A program made the translations under genes and the position numbers. The notes below the pieces were generated by a model that saw nothing but the letters and a program-made list of their open reading frames with translations, searched no databases and was not told where the DNA came from. Shown piece after piece: positions 1 to 11,600 of a DNA stretch of 64,000 nucleotides. The stretch is from Chiloscyllium plagiosum (lineage: Eukaryota). The stretch covers positions 91,059,353-91,123,352 of the forward strand of contig NC_057718.1 of NCBI RefSeq assembly GCF_004010195.1, read 5' to 3'. Every line of letters starts with the position of its first letter. Within the stretch, counting starts at the first letter, position 1.

Positions 1-287
1 TTAGCACTGCTGCCTCACAGCGCCAGAGACCCAGGTTCAATTCCCACCTTAGGTGACTCTCTGTGTGGAGTTTGCACATTCTCCCCGTGTCTGCGTGGCT
101 TTCCTCCAGGTGCTCCGGTTTCCTCCCACAGTCCAAAAATGTGCAGGTTAGGTGAATTGGCCATGGCCCGTAGTGTTAGGTGAAGGGATAAATGTAGGGG
201 AATGGGTCTGGGTGTGTTGCCCTTCGGCAGGTCGGTGTGGACTTGGGCCGAAGGGTCTGTTTCCACACTGTAAGTAATCTAATCTAA
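1..287 (+). mobile_element. HE1-type tRNA-derived SINE (5' end cut by the window edge)
   Basis: A-box remnant TTAGCAC, B-box GGTTCAATTCC, central core TGTGTGGAGTTTGCAC...GGTGCTCCGGTTTCCTCCCACAGTCCAAA, CR1-like tail ending in TAATCTAATCT. Confidence 0.85.
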
Positions 288-344
288 AAAGAATGTGAGT
301 ACAAAGTTCATAAATCAAGGAAGTTTAGAACTTGGGAAAAAAAA

Positions 345-1145
345 ACACAGTTCTGGAGATGCTGGAGACCTGAAATAAAAATAAAGTGTTTTAGAAACCG
401 AGTCATCTGGCAGTGTCAGTGAAATGAGAAACAAAGTCAACATTTCATTTCAAAACGTCACTTCTTCAAAATTAAAGGGGGGCTATGAAAGGTGTTTTTT
501 AATTATGTTGACAAAGGGGGAGGAAGAGCAAATGGAACAGCTAGCAAGGGGTGCCAGAGTAAAAGGGAAAAGGAGTACTAATGGTAGTTGAGGAGAAATC
601 TAGATGCAGAATAGATGTTAATAGCAGAAAATAGGTCCCTGTTGAGAAAAAACATGACACTTGAGTTGGGGGTAACCAAAATCGAGGACTTTGTTTATGG
701 TCTGAAGTTGTTTGAATGCAATGTTGAGTCATGAAGGCTATAAAGTACCTAATTGCATGCTTTTCCTCCTGCTTTCATTGGGTTTCACTGGAGCCATTCA
801 GCAAACCTCAAACAGAAATGTTAGCACGAGAGCAAGATGGTGTATTGGAATGGAAAGCGACTGTAAGATCAGGGTCATTCTTACAGGCAGGGGGGTGCCT
901 GAGGAAGTAGCAGGGGCTCCAAAAGTTTGTGCTTTCAAATAAACTTGTTGGACTATAACCCAATGTTGTGTGATTTTTGACATTGTTCCACTAAGTGATC
1001 ACCCACTCTGCATTCTATCTTGCCACTGAAGAAGAGACCGCATTGTGAGCAGCAGGTGCACTAGACTAAATTGAAGGGTGTACAAGAAAATTGATGTTTC
1101 ACCTGGAAGGTGTGTTTGTGGCCTTGGAAATGGAGGACAGAGGAA
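345..1145 (-). mobile_element. Decayed Penelope-like retroelement 3' part (GIY-YIG endonuclease remnant plus terminal region)
   Basis: The minus strand gives QGHKHTFQVKHQFSCTPFNLV*CTCCSQCGL and LGTL*PS*LNI, resembling the PLE GIY-YIG region. The terminus resembles other PLE ends in this window. Confidence 0.7.
890..990 (+). mobile_element. Nested terminus of a second Penelope-like family with a decayed hammerhead-like motif
   Basis: CCTGAGGAAGTAGCAGGGGCTCCAAAAG followed by AAATAAACTTGTTGGACTATAACC...TGTTGTGTGATTTTT. A related scrap lies at about 22050-22090. Confidence 0.5.
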
Positions 1146-2200
1146 CTTTGAGTTCAAGAAGAGTTTCGGAACTGGTAGAAGTTAGAGAAATAAGGAAGGG
1201 AAAAACCATTAAGAAATTTGAAGAAGAGAATAAGAATTTTCAATGGCAGGGGGATGGAAGACCATGGGTCAATATAGCTTGTTGCGGACATGAATGAGAG
1301 ACTTTGTTTTGGAAAACTTACGGGCAGCACATACAATTTTTTAAATTGGAAACATTATACTTCATAGTCTTGCCATTTCTAAATTCTTTATCAAATGGAT
1401 CCAATTACAACACTTAACACTATTAATAGTTAACCTGGAGCTTTCCACCAAACTGAATATGTCAACATGATGGACTGCCATCATCTTGTTACTTGTGTTT
1501 TTCTGCTCATGTTTGTTGGTAAACATCAACTGGATCCAAACACCCCATACAATGCATGGCAACATCAGGTCATAAGTCATTATCGCTCAGCTAACTTGGA
1601 GTGCATATAACATGGGATCATTATTCTAGGAGTCAAGTAAAAGGTGAGAAGACTCTAAGTGGCAGAACTTGGATAGCAATATAAATATTGTCACATCTTT
1701 TGATTTATGGAATCATGAAATTTTAAAGCATTAATGGGCCCAATTTAGTTCACTACGTGGTGCATTTGTTCCCTTGAGTGACGAATCCACTCTGCCATTC
1801 CTTCACAAGCCTTTGTCCAGTCAGCCTTATCTAATCCTTCCTCAAACTTCATTTTTAAAGTGATTATTGTTTCTAGCAGGCTTTAAATATCCCGAGTATG
1901 GTCTACTTAAAACTATTTATATTTGTTCATTTGATGCTGATCTTAGTTGTTGCCTTCCAAGTACTACGTCACCAACCACTAAGTTTTTTTCCTTAATGTT
2001 TATCTTATAAAAGCTACTCGTAGGTTCGAGCAAATGACCTCTCTGTTCTAGTGAAGAGTCTTAGTTTCTCAGATCCCTGCCCCCCAAAAAAATAGGTTTT
2101 AATCCAGCCTCTTTTTAGAAATGAGAAGGCAAATGGATATATCAATATCTGAATCCTTAATTCTGCCTGATCTTTTGAAACTTTAGCAATTTGGTGATTT

Positions 2201-2222
2201 CCCCCCCCCCCCCCCCCCCCCC
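2201..2222. repeat. C22 homopolymer
   Basis: Run of 22 C read directly. Confidence 0.95.
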
Positions 2223-2321
2223 ACATCTTGTACACAGTAGGATCTCTGAGGAAGAGTCATCTAGACTTCAAACGTTAGCATGCTGTCTGACCCACTGTGA
2301 TCACCAGCATTTCTTGTTTTT

Positions 2322-2485
2322 AGCTGAAAAATGTGTTGCTGGAAAAGCGCAGCAGGTCAGGCAGCATCCAAGGAGCAGGAGAATCGACGTTTCAGGCATA
2401 AGCCCTTCTTCCTGAAGGGCTGCGCTTTTCCAGCAACACATTTTTCAGCTCTGATCTCCAGCATCTGCAGTTCTCACTTTCTCCT
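2322..2485 (+). mobile_element. Fold-back Penelope-derived mini-insertion, nested in another PLE terminus (about 2240-2320)
   Basis: Perfect 32-bp inverted arms at 2322-2353 and 2419-2450. Imperfect 15-bp direct repeats ATTTCTTGTTTTTAG (2309-2323) and ATTTGTTGTTGTTAG (2486-2500). Confidence 0.75.
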
Positions 2486-3099
2486 ATTTGTTGTTGTTAG
2501 TTTGTCTTATAACTAGCTGCATTAAATTTCATCCAATAACTATTTGCCCGACCCTTCAATGAATGATCTCACTGCCTGTTATATTTTAACAGTTGTGATG
2601 CTGTGTCCTGTATATCAGAGTGTAGGTCACTTTTATGCCTATATACTGAGAAGAGAGGTAATGTGAACATTGACCCCTGAGGCTAGCCTTGTTTATAGGG
2701 CTGCCAAGCATCCATTGCCTGCTCATCTGTTTTCTATCCACACTGTCACATACCTGTCAACATCATGCACCTTAATGTTATGAACCGGCTCCTTGTTCTC
2801 CAACCTGCCTGGTGCTTTTTAAAAATCCAAAACACGTGACCTGCTCTAAACTCTGTCACGAAGAAAGTTTGTTATCCCCTCAGAGGACTGTTAAGATTGT
2901 ACAAATTTTGGCCTTTTATAAAGTTTTGCTGGTTGTCCAAAATTAAACTTTGCTTTTGTAGGTGGTTAAATTATATCGTGTTTTACAGCTGTCAGAAGCC
3001 TAGCTATTACCAGTGTTAGGCTGACAGATCTAAAGTGAGTTGTTTAGTTGTTTTTGAACCTATGAAAGCAGTTCGACATACCAAAAATAAGAGGATAAC

Positions 3100-3960
3100 T
3101 CTAGGGGCTAATCATAGTAAAGAAATCAAGGTAATTGATATTTGTAGAGAAAAAATTTTGCAAATACACAAGGAACTGAACTCTGACAAATCTCCAGGAC
3201 CCGATGGCCAACATCCTACAGTTCGAAAAGAGATGGTTGTAGAGAGAGTGGTTGTGCTGGCTATGATTTCCCCAAGTGTCCTCAGTTCTAGAACGGTCAC
3301 AGCAGACTAGAATATGACTGAAATGTCATAGTGCTAATCTGAAGAGGAATTGTGAGGAAGCTAGCAATTACAGGCCAATTAGTCTGATAACAGTTTTGGG
3401 GAAAATATTGGAATCTATTATTAAAGAAAAGCAATAGACTTAGACAATCGTAATCTGAACAAAGACAGTGTGGTTCTATGAACGAGAGATCATGTTTGAC
3501 AAATTTTGTTAGGGCTTTTGCGGATGCAACTGTTGAGTAGATAAAAGGAGATGTGGTATACTGTTATTTCTGAAAGACATTTGATAAGGTGCCACACAAA
3601 AGGTTAATATGTACAATGGGTGCTCATTGAGTTCAGGGTAATACACTGATATTCATAATGATTGGATATTTAACAGGAAGAAAACAGTAGGGATATACGG
3701 GACATTTTCTGCTTGACAGGCTGTGACTGATGCATTACTGCAATGATCAGTGCTTGCATATTGGGTACTTGGAATCTATACTCATGACTTGAACACAGTG
3801 ATAGACAATATTGAATCTATGTTTGCTGACAATGCAAAGCTAGCTTTGGAATGCGGAGAATGCAACGTGATTGTACGGACAAGTTAATTGCTTGGGCTAC
3901 ATGATGATAAATGTAGTATAATATGGGAACTATGAACTAATTCACTTTTGGAGTAAGAAA
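3100..3960 (+). mobile_element. Old, degraded CR1-type LINE ORF2 (RT) fragment
   Basis: DKSPGPDG, NYRP.SL-like and F.K.FDKVPH-like remnants with many stops and frameshifts. Confidence 0.75.
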
Positions 3961-4424
3961 TAATAAAGGTCCTGACTTTTGTTCCCAGTTTGGGTGCATG
4001 CAGAGGCAGGAGGATTCCCAGCTCTGTGAACTTGACCTTTAAAAGTGGCCAGCTGCATTGCTCACATTCATCCAGGTGTTGTGGGATGGATTGGAGTTGG
4101 GATAGGCCACTCAGGAATACCAATTGGAGCAAGCTACCAAATGCCAAGGTGCGCTGAGAAGTCTACCATCAGTCCCTAGTGCTGTGTCCAAAATCTGACA
4201 TAAAAGAATAAAATATAAAACATTCCTCAGCTCTTATCCCTTACCCCCACAAACCCTCTCTTAACCCATCTATTAAAAATCCATAGCTTTACCCTTCCTA
4301 CCCCTCCTTTGCCTATTATGTCAACTCACTTAGCACCTAAGCACAAAGGAAATAAGGGTCTGTATTAGAAACAACACTCTGTCTCCATTGAGAAAAGCAC
4401 TCTCATTCATTCAAATAAAACATG

Positions 4425-4477
4425 GTTTGACACTCCTTGACAAGTTTGACACTCCTTGACAAGTTTGACACTTCTTG
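4425..4477. repeat. 19-bp tandem repeat (GTTTGACACTCCTTGACAA, about 2.8 copies)
   Basis: Read directly. Confidence 0.85.
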
Positions 4478-5811
4478 TGGTCTTTGTGAGTTTGACTCTG
4501 ACATCTTTACAGTTCCAAAGGTTTTGTGCCCAGTCTTCTCCACAAGTCACAAATCCAAAAGATGCCTGATACCTGGCATCTCCCCCGTCCTCCCCATCCA
4601 TGCAGTCTCCCTCCTAATTCCTCACCCATACACATACCCCTCTCTCATGCCCATCAAGGGTATCTGACCACTTTTTCAAAGTGGTACCTTCCCGACCACC
4701 ACACCAGGGACACCTGATACCCCCCCACCTCTGCCCCCCCAAAACGTGGTCTCCCAGGATCACACTCACAGGGGCATCTTACCTCTTTCAAAGGATTACC
4801 TTGTCTATCCAAATGAATCCACAAAGTTCAGACCTGCTCTTAACACATCTAATGTACACACTGTAGATTCCGCTGTACCAGAATGTATATCACACTTCAT
4901 TGGAGGAAGCTAACTACAGGTATACCCCTCCCCAACCCCCATCTGAAAGTAGAGTGTTCTGATGAAACCTTTCATAAGCTGAAATGGCATAAAGCGAAGA
5001 AGCATTAATTTATATGGGAAAAATTTCACCTTTTCTCATAAAAGTGAACATCCTCTTCGGATTTCTTTCCATTAGTGAAAACAGGTACTAATGTAGGTCT
5101 TTCATAAAAGTTGTGGCCTAAAGTGAACTTTTGAAAAGCGGGGGATACCTGTATTTGAATGGATAGCTGCCTCTTTAAAAGGCACGTGCATAAACCACAG
5201 TCTGACTTCACCCCCCATCCCCAGGAAATAGCTATGTTTTGGGTCAGGACTTACAATTTTAGGTCACTTCTGTTATTTTTGAGAAGGAGATTATTTTTGA
5301 GGTGTGAATGTGTAATTGTTGATGTGCAGAGGTACCTCACTGTACTTTTTTTTATCAAGCAACATGAAAATAGCACTCAGGTATAACAGGCAATAATAAA
5401 AGTACAGGGATACTAACCTTTGTTGCAAAGGAATGGAGAACAAGAATAAATGAATCTTGCTACAATTGTACAGACTGTTGGTGAGATCACACAACTGGAG
5501 TACTGAATGCAGTTTGTTCACCTTATTTAATTGCAATGAAGGAGGTAGAATAATGGTTTGTCATATTGATTCCCAGGCTGACGTACTGATGAGAGACTGT
5601 GTTAATTGGGCCAACATTATCTGGAATTTTGAAGAATAAGGGTGAAACATTGAAATATAAATAACTTTGAAAGGGCTTGATAAGGTCAACAAACTCTTGT
5701 CGGGGTAGCTAGAAGTAAATGGAGGAGCAGGTGTGAAGGGCTGAATGGTCTATTCCTGATCCTCACATTGTATTATGTTCAACCTCACACAGTGCCTTTT
5801 TATAATAACAG

Positions 5812-5923
5812 ATCTTCCTCGTCCGGAGATCATGCAGGACACAGAAGAAAATTATATCAATGCGTTTGCCTGAGTCAGGGTCTCGCTTTGTTCAAGATTT
5901 TCCAATAAAGGAGAGCCAGTATA
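5812..5923 (+). CDS. RIN2: RIN2 coding exon (SH2 domain; IFLVRRSCRTQKKIISMRLPESGSRFVQDFPIKESQY). First RIN2 exon visible in this window
   Basis: cag acceptor at 5809-5811, gtaagt donor at 5924, 112 nt, phase 0 to 1. The translation resembles RIN2 SH2 (IFLV..S...QKK..S.RLP.....F.IKES.Y) and joins the 19274 exon in frame. Confidence 0.93.
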
Positions 5924-8624
5924 GTAAGTACACTCCAATTTATTCTAATATCTTTGAAAGTATGGTCAAAATGTAAGATATTGTCATCAAAAGATGCACG
6001 TGAAGTACTGTGAAAATGTTCTTTTTCTGTATTGTGGCTTTTTGGAAATGTAATCATCTTTCATTGTTAAAATATTTGATTTTCTATCAAGAATGTGCAA
6101 CACAGAAACAGGACATTACTCCAACCAATTGATATCGGCTTATAATGCTCCACTCCAACCTCTTTTAGTCTTTCCTCATCTAATTCTATCAGCATAATCA
6201 GCGTCCCTGATATGTTTAATCTAGATCCCACTTTAATGTACCTTTACTATTTTTCTGAGTTAGTCCTTGATATAGTGAATTCCACTCTATCACCGTGGTC
6301 TTATTAACAAGAATTGCTATCTATTACAGGTAAATTGCTACAATCATGAGCCATCAGCATATGACTGTACTAATTAAAACCCAGTCCTCTTATACACTTC
6401 TCTTTACATAAAACACAGGCATTGGGGCAAAAAAGGGGTGTTAAGAATGGAAGGAAAGCAGGGACAACATTTACTGGTGCTTTATATGGTGCTGTGAAGT
6501 GGCATGAAATACTGATGGATCTGCTCCTGTAACATAAAGGATGAGACATCGGTCACATAGAACTGAAGAGTCCAATTCCCTTTTGGCTTTCTTGGTGACT
6601 ATTCTGTTTATGACTTCTGATGCAGCTCGCTCTCACAGGTAGATGAACTCTGTGTCTGTTTTATCAAATCCTTTCATAACTTTTAAGATTTCCATTAGAT
6701 TATTGCTCAGCCTTCTCCCTTCAAGCAAGAAAGAAATCATCCTGTCTGTCCTCTCCTGTTTGGTGTAAACTCATCATTTTGTTATCAGTTTCCTAAATGG
6801 AGGCTTATCTATCCCACACTATCTCATCCCTGAAGTGGCTCCATGTTGCCCCAGGCAACCAGATGCTTCACAATCGATCTGTCTAATATTGTAATACAGA
6901 TTTAAGAGCAACAGGTGAAGAAAGATCAGGATATCTGGAGAATGCCATTTTAGTTTCCTGACTGTGGATGAGTTGGTGGCTTGCTCAATCATGTTAAGCT
7001 CTACATGTTCCCAGTGTAAAGACTGTGCCTTTTCATTCTTCCATACTTTTATCAGGGGACTGGAAAGAGAAAAGTGCTGTTTTAATGACCAAGGAGTGGC
7101 TGGGGGATTGCTGCATCGTCTGACACTCATTGTAAAAGGATTTACACAGCTTCTTGTTCGAAAGCTGGTTAAAGTATAATTGCAGGAAAACTGGAACTGA
7201 AGTGTTGTGTACAGATGGAGTTTTGGTTGGTACAATTAGCAGATTGGTCTATGGACTAGTGAACAATTATTGATGGCAATGGTCTTCTGTTCACCAACAA
7301 CAGTCTGGTTCTCAGTTTAACAGCTTGTGACTTTGTACAAGATTGACTGCCACCAGCTCAGGAGCTCTCTGTCTGTCTCTCTGTTCTCTGCAGTAAAATT
7401 ATCTCTAAGCCTGAAGAAAACCAGTTTATCTTTCCTCCAGTAAATGATGTAAGCTGTGACTTTTACTTTGAGTCAGAGACCTTTTTATAAGCGAACCAGC
7501 CTCTCTATGCATCTTGAAAATCAGACCCTGGAGAAGGAAGAACATGATCAACACAGGATCCATCTCAGCTGAACTTGTGGACAGAGACAAAAGAACTGCT
7601 GTCCCTGCTTTCCTTCCACCCTTAACACCCTTTTCATTTCATGCCTGAGTTTTATCTAATGTGAAGTGCAGAAGGGCATTAGAGTTTTGGTTATTAGAGT
7701 TAAATGCCGATGGGTCACAATTGTTTCCTTGTAATAGACAGTAATTCTTGCTAATTGTAATTCTTGTTCAGTTCAGAAACCTGATCTATGCTTTCTGGTT
7801 CTGAAATATATGTAAATTGAGGAATTTTGTGTACTTTTTAAAATCTTTAGCTTTTGGGTTGACTCTGGGAACAGTGGGGCCTTATTTCTAGCACACTATC
7901 CCAGTGAAATGTAACACAAGCCGGAAAGGTATTTGGCCATATATTAAGGTTTTTTTTATGGTATCTCCTCCTATTGTTCAAAAGGATAATGCCATGTGAC
8001 ATATGGAGATGATCTTTCAGTTTGTGATCTTCCAAGTAACATACCCTGCTGACATAGAAACATACCACAGTTCCTTCTTGATTGCTGGGTCAGAATTCAA
8101 GAACTCCCTTTCTGATAGGATTATAAGGGTGTTTTCCACACAGGGATTGCAGCAACTCATGAAGAAAGCTCACCACAATCACCACTCCGGGCAACCAGCG
8201 ACGATCCATAAATGCTGCCTTTATCAGTAAAAGCTACACATCATCTCAAGAGTGAATTTTATCGAGTAATTTGTGTTTATTGACAACGTCCAGGAAACTT
8301 AGTCATGTGGCATCCAATCATCTATCACTGCTCATGTTTATCAGGCAATTGCTTGCATTTTATTTGTCCACTGTTTGCAAATGTTATTACACTTACCAGA
8401 TGTGGGTGTTTCCATATCTCAAACCCTGAACAAACCATTTGTCTGTTTAATAGTATGATGAACAGACGTAATTAGTAGAACAGACAGCTGTATGGACAAG
8501 CAATGTAAATAAAAAATACATCTGTGATGCTTCTCCCGTTATCAATCGCAAGGAATCTGCAGCAATTAAATAAATCCATCATTAATTTCAGTAATTTACA
8601 ACTGTCACAGCACAGAAACAGATA

Positions 8625-11600
8625 AGTGAGTATTTTTAAGTGTGGTCTTACAGTAAGCCTGCACTAATGAGTAGAGTGGGTTCTTTCTTGATTATATGTT
8701 TTATTGAGATATGTCTCTTGATTAAAATTACTTAAATAAGCCATAAGTGTTAAGCTAGCCTGGAGCAGTATTTTGCAGAGGAATAAGACAGTGCTATTTT
8801 CTGGGTCTGTAGATTGAAAGAAGCAAAAATGGCCTTTAGTAGAGTAATATGCTCTTGTTGGATGTGGGAGTTTAGGAAAAGATTACCGGTTACTGAGGAT
8901 TATATCTGCAATAAATGCCATTGGTTGCAAATCCTATCAGATTGAATGGATCGGTTGGAGAGACAATTAGAGGCAATGAGGAATTTACAAGAGCAAGGGG
9001 ATGTGATGGATGGCAGTTATAGGAAGGGAGAAAAGTTGCAGATACAGTCACGTAGATGTGTTAGCTCCAGGAAAGGTAAGAGTGTTGGCAGGAGTCTTCT
9101 GTGGCTATCCACATTTCAAACAAGTATGCTGTTCTGGAAAATGTAAGGGGTGATGGATTCTCAGGGGGACATAGCACGAACAGCCAAGTTTCTGGTATTG
9201 AGACTGGCTCTAATGCAATGAGGGGTACGCCGGGTTCCAAAACATCAACTGTGTTAGGAGACTCTCTTGTCCAAGGGACAGACAGACATTTCTGTGGCCA
9301 GCAATGAAACATCAGAATAGTGTATTGCCTCCCTGGTGCCAGGATCAAGGATGTCTTAGAGAGGGTGCAGAATGTTCTCAAGGGGAGGGGGCCCAGCTGG
9401 AGGTCATTGTCCACATTGGAACCAATGACATAGGAAGGGAAAAGGATGTCATTCTGAAGAGAGAATATAGAGTTAGGCAGGAATTAAAAAGAGAGATCCT
9501 TGAGAGTAGTCATATCTGGATTACTCCCAGTGCTACGAGCTAGTGAGGGTAAGAATAGGAGGATAGAGTAGATGAATGCATGGTTGAGGAGCTGGTGTAT
9601 GGGAGAAGAATTCACATTTTTGGATCATTGGAATCTCTTCTGGGGTAGAAGTGACCTGTACAAGAAGGACGAATTGCACCTGATTTGGAAGGGGACTAAT
9701 ATACTGGCAGGGAGATTTGCTAGAACTGCTTGTGAGGATTTAACTATTAAGGTGGATGGGTGGGATCCAGGGAGATAGTGAGGAAAGAGATCGATCTGAG
9801 ACAGTTGAGAAAAGAAGCAAGTCAAACAGTCAGGCTGGCAGGGACAAAGCAGCGAACAAGATAGGATTGATGAATTAAACTGCATTTATTTCAATGCAAG
9901 AGGCCTAACAGGGAGGGCAGATGAACTCAGGACATGGTTAGGAACATGGGACTGGGATATCATGACAATTACAGAAATGTGGCTCAGGGATGGACAGAAT
10001 TGGCAGCTTAATGCTCCAGGAAGGGCAGAAAAGGAGGCAAGAGAGGAGGGGGGACTTGCGTTTTTGATAAGGGATAGCATTACAGCTGTATCGTGGGAGG
10101 ATATTCCCAGAAATACATCCAGGGAAGTTACTTGGCTTGAACTGAGAACTAAGAAAGGGATGATCACCTTATTGGGATTGTATTATAGACTCCATAATAG
10201 TCAGATGGAAATTGAGGAACAAGTTTGTAAGGAGATCACAGTTATCCTTAAGAATGATAGAGTGGTCATGGTAGAGGATTTTAACTTTCCAAACATAGAC
10301 TAGGACTGCCATAGTGTTACGGGCTTAGGTGGAGAGGAATTTGTTGTGTGTGTGTACAGGAAAATTTTCTGATTCAGTATGTGGATGTACCTACTAGAGA
10401 AGGTGCAAAACTTGACCTACTATTGGGAAATAAGGCAGGGCTGGTGACTGAAGTATCAGTGGGGGAGTATTTTTGGGCCAGCGACTATAATTCTATTAGT
10501 TTTAAAATCGTGGTGGAAAAGGATAGACCAGATCTAAAAGTTGAAGTTCTAAATTGGAGGAAGGCTAACTTTGACGGTATTAGGCAAGAACTTTCAAAAG
10601 CTGATTGGGGGCAGATGTTCGCAGGTAAAGGGATGGCTGGAAAATGGGAAACCTTCAAAAATGAGATAACCAGGGTCCAGAGACAATATGTTCCTCTTAG
10701 GGGGAAAGGAAAGGCTGGTAGATATAGGGAATGCTGGATGACTAAAGAAATGGAGGGTTTGGTTAAGAAAAAGAAGGAAGTATATGTCAAGTATAGACAA
10801 GATAGATCATATGACTCCTTAGAAGAATATAAAGGCAGTAGGAGTATATTTAAGAGGGAAATCAGGAGGGCAAAAAGGAGACATGAGATAGCATTGGAAA
10901 ATAGAGTTAAGGAGAATCCAAAGGGTTTTTACAAATACATTGAGGACAAAAGGGTAACGAGAAAGAGAATGGGGCCCCTCAAAGATCAGCAAGCTGGCCT
11001 TCGTGAGGAGCCGCAGCAGATGGGGGAGATTCTAAATGAGTATTTTGCATCACTGTTTACTGTGGAAAAGGACATGGAAGATATAGAATGTAGGGAAATA
11101 GTGATATCTAGAAAAATTGTCCATATTACAGAGGAGGAAGTGCTGAATGTCTTGAAACACAAAAAAAGTGGATAATGATCAGGTGTACCTGAGAACTCTG
11201 TGGGAAGCTAGGGAAGTGGTTTCTGGGCCCCTTGTTGAGAGATTTGTATCATCGATAGTCACAGGTGAGATGCTGGAAGACTGGAGGTTGGCTGACGTAG
11301 TGCCACTGTTTAAGAAGGGTGGTAAGGACAATCCAGGGAACTATAGACCAGTGAGCCTGATGTCGGTGGTTGGCAAGTTGTTGGAGGGAATCCTGAGGGA
11401 CAGGATGTACAGGAAAGGCAAGGACTGATTAGGGATAGTCAATATGGCTTTGTGCGTGGGAAATCATGTCTCACAAACTTGATTGAGTTCTTTGAAGAAG
11501 TAACAAAGAGGATTGATGAGGGCAGAGCAGTAGATGTGATCTACATGGACTTCAGTAAGGCGTTCGACAAGGTTCCCCATGGGAGACTGGTTAGCAAGGT

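Noticed and set aside
2385..2420. Intact hammerheads at the centres of the 2322 and 30172 fold-back inserts
   Set aside because: The inversion junction separates or mutates the CUGAnGA and GAAAC boxes, so neither strand has a full core.
4425..4477. CRISPR-like or other prokaryotic repeat array
   Set aside because: It is a simple head-to-tail tandem repeat without spacers, and the whole window is vertebrate intron-exon DNA.
1..5800. Upstream RIN2 exon encoding the SH2 N-terminus (..THP.WLQL..)
   Set aside because: Not found by inspection. It probably lies 5' of the window.
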